A stretch of 64,000 nucleotides of DNA from an uncultured cyanobacterium (GTDB lineage Bacteria > Cyanobacteriota > Cyanobacteriia > Cyanobacteriales > Cyanobacteriaceae): NCBI GenBank assembly GCA_963710605.1, contig CAVQBA010000004.1:224001-288000 (forward strand), given 5' to 3'. Positions within the stretch are counted from its first letter, which is position 1; each line of letters starts with the position of its first letter. The translations under genes and the position numbers were made by a program. Below the pieces are notes generated by a model that saw only the letters and a program-made list of their open reading frames with translations, ran no database searches and was not told the origin of the DNA. Positions 58,279 to 64,000 of this stretch are shown one piece after another.

Positions 58279-59401
58279 TCAATCATTATTGAGAATCGAA
58301 GTAGTCTGACGTAAATACTCTTCAATCAAATTATCCAAGTCTCCATCTAAAACATCACTAACCGCTGTGGTTTCCACATTAGTTCGTAAATCTTTAACTA
58401 ATTGATAAGGATGAAAAACATAGTTTCTGATTTGATTACCCCATGCCGCATCAACTATATCACCTCTAATTTCGGCAATTTCTTGCGTTCTTTGCTCTTG
58501 TGCAATAATTAGTAATTTAGCTTTAAGTAAGGCGAGTGCTTTTTCTTTATTTTGTAATTGCGATCGTTCTTGAGTGCATCTGACGGCTATACTTGTCGGT
58601 AGATGGGTAATTCTAACAGCAGTTTCGACTTTATTCACATTTTGCCCTCCTTTACCTCCCGCACGAGAAGTAGTGATTTCCAAATCTTTATCCGGAATAT
58701 CAACTTTAACTGCTTCTTCCCCTAAATTAGGCATCACATCGACACCGGCAAAACTAGTTTGTCTTTTGCCGTTAGCGTTATAAGGAGAGATACGTACTAA
58801 TCGATGAGTACCTTTTTCGCCCTTGAGATAACCAAAAGCATATTTACCTTCAATTTCGAGGGTAACGGATTTTATTCCTGCTTCATCCCCTGGTGACATT
58901 TCAGCTAAGGTTATTTGATAATTTTGTTTTTCTGCCCAACGTGTGTACATTCTTAATAATATTTCTGCCCAATCTTGAGCATCTGTGCCTCCTGCACCTG
59001 CATTAATAGTAACTACAGCACCTTTTTTGTCGTAGATACCACTTAACAGTTGCTCTAATTCCCATTTGTCTAAATCTTGGGTAATAATATTGAGATTATC
59101 TTCTGCTTCTATTTGCAACTCTTCATCGGTTTCTAATTCTAATAATTCAATAATTGCCTTGGTATCTTCAACATTTTGTCGCCAGTCTCGATATTGTTGT
59201 AGTGTCGATTTTAAATCATTGAGTTGTTGTAAAGTAGATTGTGCATTCTCTTGTCCATTCTCCCAAAATTCTGGTTGAGCGGCAATTTGTTCTAAATCTG
59301 CTATTTGAGCTTCTATTTGAGGGATGTCAAAGATATTCCTGAGTTTTACTCAGGCGATCGTCGATTATCGTAATTTCTCTTTTTAAGTCTGATAGTTCCA
59401 T
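58279..59401 (-). CDS. prfB: Peptide chain release factor 2, made by programmed +1 frameshift (373 aa)
   Basis: ATG 59401, 24 codons to CTT-TGA-C, then the +1 frame DIPQIEA... joins the track [18 protein letters not shown] and [12 protein letters not shown] are present. Confidence 0.97.
59326..59341 (-). promoter_or_regulatory. prfB +1 frameshift cassette
   Basis: cAGGAA-tat-CTT-TGA-C: an SD-like element three nt before the slippery CTT-TGA. Confidence 0.92.
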
Positions 59402-59481
59402 ATGCTCGGTAATGATGAATTGAAAATTAAAAGGTACATCTATTTTAAATTGACACTGCGATAATTGACAATTAACTGTCT

Positions 59482-59550
59482 AAAAAAAAGCACAAGAGCC
59501 ACCCCCCCTGATCCACACGGATCAAGAAAAGTGGCTCTCGTATTTATACT
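59482..59550 (-). ncRNA. Candidate ~70-nt hairpin sRNA or leader terminator upstream of prfB
   Basis: 24-bp stem (59491-59542) fully paired only on the minus strand (7 G-U pairs), GUGU loop, U8 tail and TGnTATACT -10 at 59557-59565. Confidence 0.6.
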
Positions 59551-59740
59551 ATATATAGTATAACATAAATAAATAACAAATAACAACAAATTTACCCATG
59601 TTTGCAAATAAATAATAAAAGCAAAAAAAACATAGTTACTTAACTAAAACCTAACTTTATTTCAAAGGATATATTATATTTTATCAGTTAATTTTTGTAT
59701 TTCTTATCGAAAAATCACCTTTGCCCTTTGCCCTTTCGAC

Positions 59741-60577
59741 TTATTTCCAATCAACAGGATTTACGCCATAGTATTTTTGCAATTGTTGATATAAAAGAGG
59801 GTGATAAGTAGCTAACAATTGAGATTTAATAAAAAAAGTTTCTGTAACTACAGCAAAAAACTCCACAGGGTTAGTTGCACCATAACTATTAATAATAGTC
59901 GATCGATTTTGCTTTACCGCCTGAGTAAGTTGAAGATATTCATGAGCAAAAATCTTACCCCAAATTACCGTATCTTCGATCGTTGTTAGGCGAGGCATTC
60001 CTGTCGCAGTACCAAATTCTTGATCTAATTGATGAGCAAACTCATGTAAAATGACGTTTTCAGTTTGATGTTTAGCTAATGCTTCGGAGGCTACTTGCAC
60101 CCAAGATAAAGAAATAACACCATCATGACCTGATTTATTACCAACCGATGATTGCCCTAGTAATAAAGCTGAATTTTGATGACGATGGTTTTTAAGTTCA
60201 ATATGACTAGGATAAACATATATATACTTAAGATAAGGGAAATAGTTACGTTGCCCTAATTTATCACCTAGTAATAAGATACAGGCAGTTGAAGCAATAG
60301 TTAATTTAACTTTAAGAGTAATAACAAAACCATTTTGACCGATAAATTTTTTTTCGGCTAAAAATATTTTAATGTGTTTATGTAATTCGGGTTTATAACT
60401 TTCAGGTAACTGGCGATATAAATAAACTTCTGTCTGAAGTAAAAAAAGCCAATTTTGAGGAAATTTGACTCGTGTTAAGTTAGCTCTTCTTTCATTAATT
60501 ATTGCCTTTCTTAATAAAATAACTATCCAAATGGATAAAAAAACTACAGTCAAAAGCAATAAATCTAGCATCGTCAT
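59741..60577 (-). CDS. Zinc metallopeptidase, M90/MtfA family, with N-terminal TM
   Basis: FLAEKKFIG, IYVYPS, NVILHEFAHQLD and YGATNPVEFFAVVTETFF. Confidence 0.9.
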   Translation of the reverse strand: MTMLDLLLLTVVFLSIWIVILLRKAIINERRANLTRVKFPQNWLFLLQTEVYLYRQLPESYKPELHKHIKIFLAEKKFIGQNGFVITLKVKLTIASTACILLLGDKLGQRNYFPYLKYIYVYPSHIELKNHRHQNSALLLGQSSVGNKSGHDGVISLSWVQVASEALAKHQTENVILHEFAHQLDQEFGTATGMPRLTTIEDTVIWGKIFAHEYLQLTQAVKQNRSTIINSYGATNPVEFFAVVTETFFIKSQLLATYHPLLYQQLQKYYGVNPVDWK

Positions 60578-60739
60578 TTTAGAGCTTTTTCGCTCCTCAA
60601 AATCAAATATTTTTTTGCTTAGGCTAACGCAAATTTTTTTGACTCAGTCGTTTTGTTACAACAATGTAACACCTTTATGAAAGTAAAAAACGAATACTTC
60701 TTACTCTTTACTCTTTACTTCTTACTCCTTACTCATTAC

Positions 60740-61084
<345 letters not shown>

Positions 61085-61149
61085 TTACTTTTTGATTTGG
61101 TTGAGTTATAGTTACACCATTATCAAAAAATAATGCTACAGATTGAATC

Positions 61150-61183
61150 AATCCCCGCTCATTCCCCTTGTCAAGGGGGACTT
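61150..61183. repeat. Small dispersed palindromic repeat
   Basis: aatccccgctcattccccttgtcaagggggactt. Confidence 0.65.
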
Positions 61184-61268
61184 AATCGATTTATTTGTCG
61201 CGTTTATAAATTGAATTGGTATTACAAGTTATCATAACCAAATTAATGAAAAATGAGAACTATCATTC

Positions 61269-61637
61269 TCAATTGTCAATTGTCAATTTTCCTAATAGCC
61301 AGTTAGCGATTGTTGCCCGACGAGTTTGACGAGGACCAAATTCACCTATCTTGTAGCCTTTAAAGCCTAATTTTTCTTTGAGTAATTGTTTATTTTCTTT
61401 CAGAATCGATCGAGTTAATTTAACATTAGGTGGACGATTAGCAATAAAATCGGGAGGAGTAGGATAACTTTGTTTCCAATCATCATCTACTTGCGTATTG
61501 TCCCATTTGTCACCTATTTCGTCGTATCGATAACCCAAATGATACCAAACTAACTGATTAACTGTATCATCATCTAATTTTTCCTCTAAAATTTGCCAAA
61601 TTGTTGTTTCGTTCAATGGTGGTAAACTTGTGGACAT
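61269..61637 (-). CDS. DUF1823 family protein
   Basis: VNQLVWYHLGYRY, YPTPPDFI, KLTRSI and LGFKGY...PRQTRRAT. Confidence 0.85.
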   Translation of the reverse strand: MSTSLPPLNETTIWQILEEKLDDDTVNQLVWYHLGYRYDEIGDKWDNTQVDDDWKQSYPTPPDFIANRPPNVKLTRSILKENKQLLKEKLGFKGYKIGEFGPRQTRRATIANWLLGKLTIDN

Positions 61638-61840
61638 ATATATATTTGAAATTCACGAATAATGAGTAACGAGTAATAGCTTCTTTTTCTGTTTACTTAT
61701 TAAAATAACCCTTCGGTAGCTTTGGTCAAAGAAAACAATAAAAACTCAAACGAGTATATACAAATCAAGACTTTAGTCATTAAATTAATTGTTAACTGTC
61801 AATTGTCAATTGTCAATTATTAAACTGTTTTGTACTAAAA

Positions 61841-61858
61841 GTTACAGATTGTTAATTA
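61841..61858 (+). promoter_or_regulatory. HLR1-like (RpaB-type) direct repeat upstream of cpeBA
   Basis: GTTACAGA-TT-GTTAATTA, ~120 bp upstream of cpeB; the second half-site is imperfect. Confidence 0.4.
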
Positions 61859-61952
61859 GTTTGATAAAAGAAAAACAAAGTTTACCTTCATGATTTATGT
61901 TTATATACAGAAAACAAGTTCGTTTGAAAGAACTAAAACAAACAAGTTTTAA

Positions 61953-62540
<588 letters not shown>

Positions 62541-62614
62541 GTTACTCATCTTAATTAATTAATCTATTAAGTACGATAAATCTAATTATATTGCCGATTT
62601 TCTTCCGTACATAG

Positions 62615-63170
<556 letters not shown>

Positions 63171-63245
63171 TAATTATTAGCCATTTTAATTGTTTAGTGA
63201 GATATATTTATATAACTCTTAAAAGGTTGATTAATTAAAAATCTA

Positions 63246-63309
63246 AAAGACTCTCGGCTCTACTGTTTCACCTACTTTTAGGATTAAGCAGAAGAAATGA
63301 GGGTTTTTT
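63246..63309 (+). terminator. Probable cpeBA 3' stem-loop/terminator
   Basis: aaagactctc...gagggtttttt imperfect long hairpin ending in a T run. Confidence 0.45.
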
Positions 63310-63668
63310 ACTTTGAAAACTTAATTTAATAAAATAATACCATTTTCAAAAAATACGGCTACAGTTTTATCCCCCACTCATCCCCATCTTCTTCTACTTA
63401 CAAGGGCAGGGCTGTTTTATTCACGTTCGCAAAAAATAGCTATCTGCTCACAATAAATAGCTAGAAGCAAAAAATAAATAGCTAGAAGCTATTACTACAT
63501 ACTCGATCGATCGATTTGGGTACATTATATTTTTACTATTAAAAAAAATGGCTAAATTTACTGCTATTTCTTAGTTATAGAAATCAATAAAATAAGACAT
63601 GAAACAGCCTTGCTTTTCTAACGAAGACCTACTAAATGTAGCTGTAGCTGTGATCAATGAAAATAATA

Positions 63669-63710
63669 TAACTTTTAACTTTTAACTTTTAACTTTTAAC
63701 TTTTAACTCT
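63669..63710. repeat. Heptamer tandem repeat (TAACTTT)x~6
   Basis: Directly visible, ending 1 nt before the cpeZ ATG. Confidence 0.9.
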
Positions 63711-63711
63711 T

Positions 63712-64000
63712 ATGGATGATTTATTTGAAAAACTAAAACACCCCAATCCTAATTTACGCAAAATCGCAATGGGAGAAATTGCTCAAGCTCGTGATGAAAA
63801 CACAATTCCTCGTTTGATGAGTTTACTGGGGGAAGAAGATGTTACTTATCGCAGAGCGGCGGTTAAAACTTTAGGCGTAATCGGGTACGATACTATACCT
63901 TCAATAATTGAAACTTTAAAAACTAGCGATGATGCTGTCGTCAAAGCAAGTTGCGGAAAAGCATTAGCTCAAGTTGCGGTTAATTATCCTAAACAAGAAT
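63712..64000 (+). CDS. cpeZ: Phycoerythrin lyase-associated HEAT-repeat protein CpeZ (runs off the window)
   Basis: MDDLFEKLKHPNPNLR...TIPRLMSLLGEEDVTYRRAAVKTLGVIG...KALAQV, downstream of cpeBA. Confidence 0.85.
   Translation, partial: MDDLFEKLKHPNPNLRKIAMGEIAQARDENTIPRLMSLLGEEDVTYRRAAVKTLGVIGYDTIPSIIETLKTSDDAVVKASCGKALAQVAVNYPKQE

Noticed and set aside
63450-63490. Direct repeat aataaatagctagaagc x2 between cpeA and cpeZ
   Set aside because: Two copies only, and no supportable function.

Overview
AT-rich chromosomal DNA from a phycoerythrin-containing cyanobacterium. The evidence is chlG, flv3, cpeBA-cpeZ, pixGHI, nhaS1, a strongly over-represented CGATCG core and heptamer tandem repeats; a Cyanobacterium/Geminocystis-like organism is my inference. 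Most of the window is housekeeping genes, and I found no rRNA, tRNA or CRISPR array. Points of interest: (1) a scattered DNA phosphorothioation-type gene set, with a lone dndC at 46.3 kb and, about 29 kb away, an unannotated 57-aa ORF translationally coupled to a DndD-like zinc-hook ABC ATPase; (2) a conflict island at 41.8-44.4 kb with an IS630 remnant, an orphan nuclease-toxin C-terminus plus immunity gene, an ISY100-type MITE, a HigBA-type pair and a second immunity-like gene; (3) a candidate ~70-nt hairpin sRNA just upstream of prfB, which keeps its programmed +1 frameshift; (4) a Tat-signal, Gly-zipper 693-aa orphan protein; (5) a 71-aa Cys/His-rich micro-protein; (6) four GT-C glycosyltransferases around a two-component system; (7) four conserved genes each broken by a single-base lesion that shows as an anomalous A after C on the + strand, possibly a sequencing artefact. 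All family calls come from motif recognition; no database search was run.
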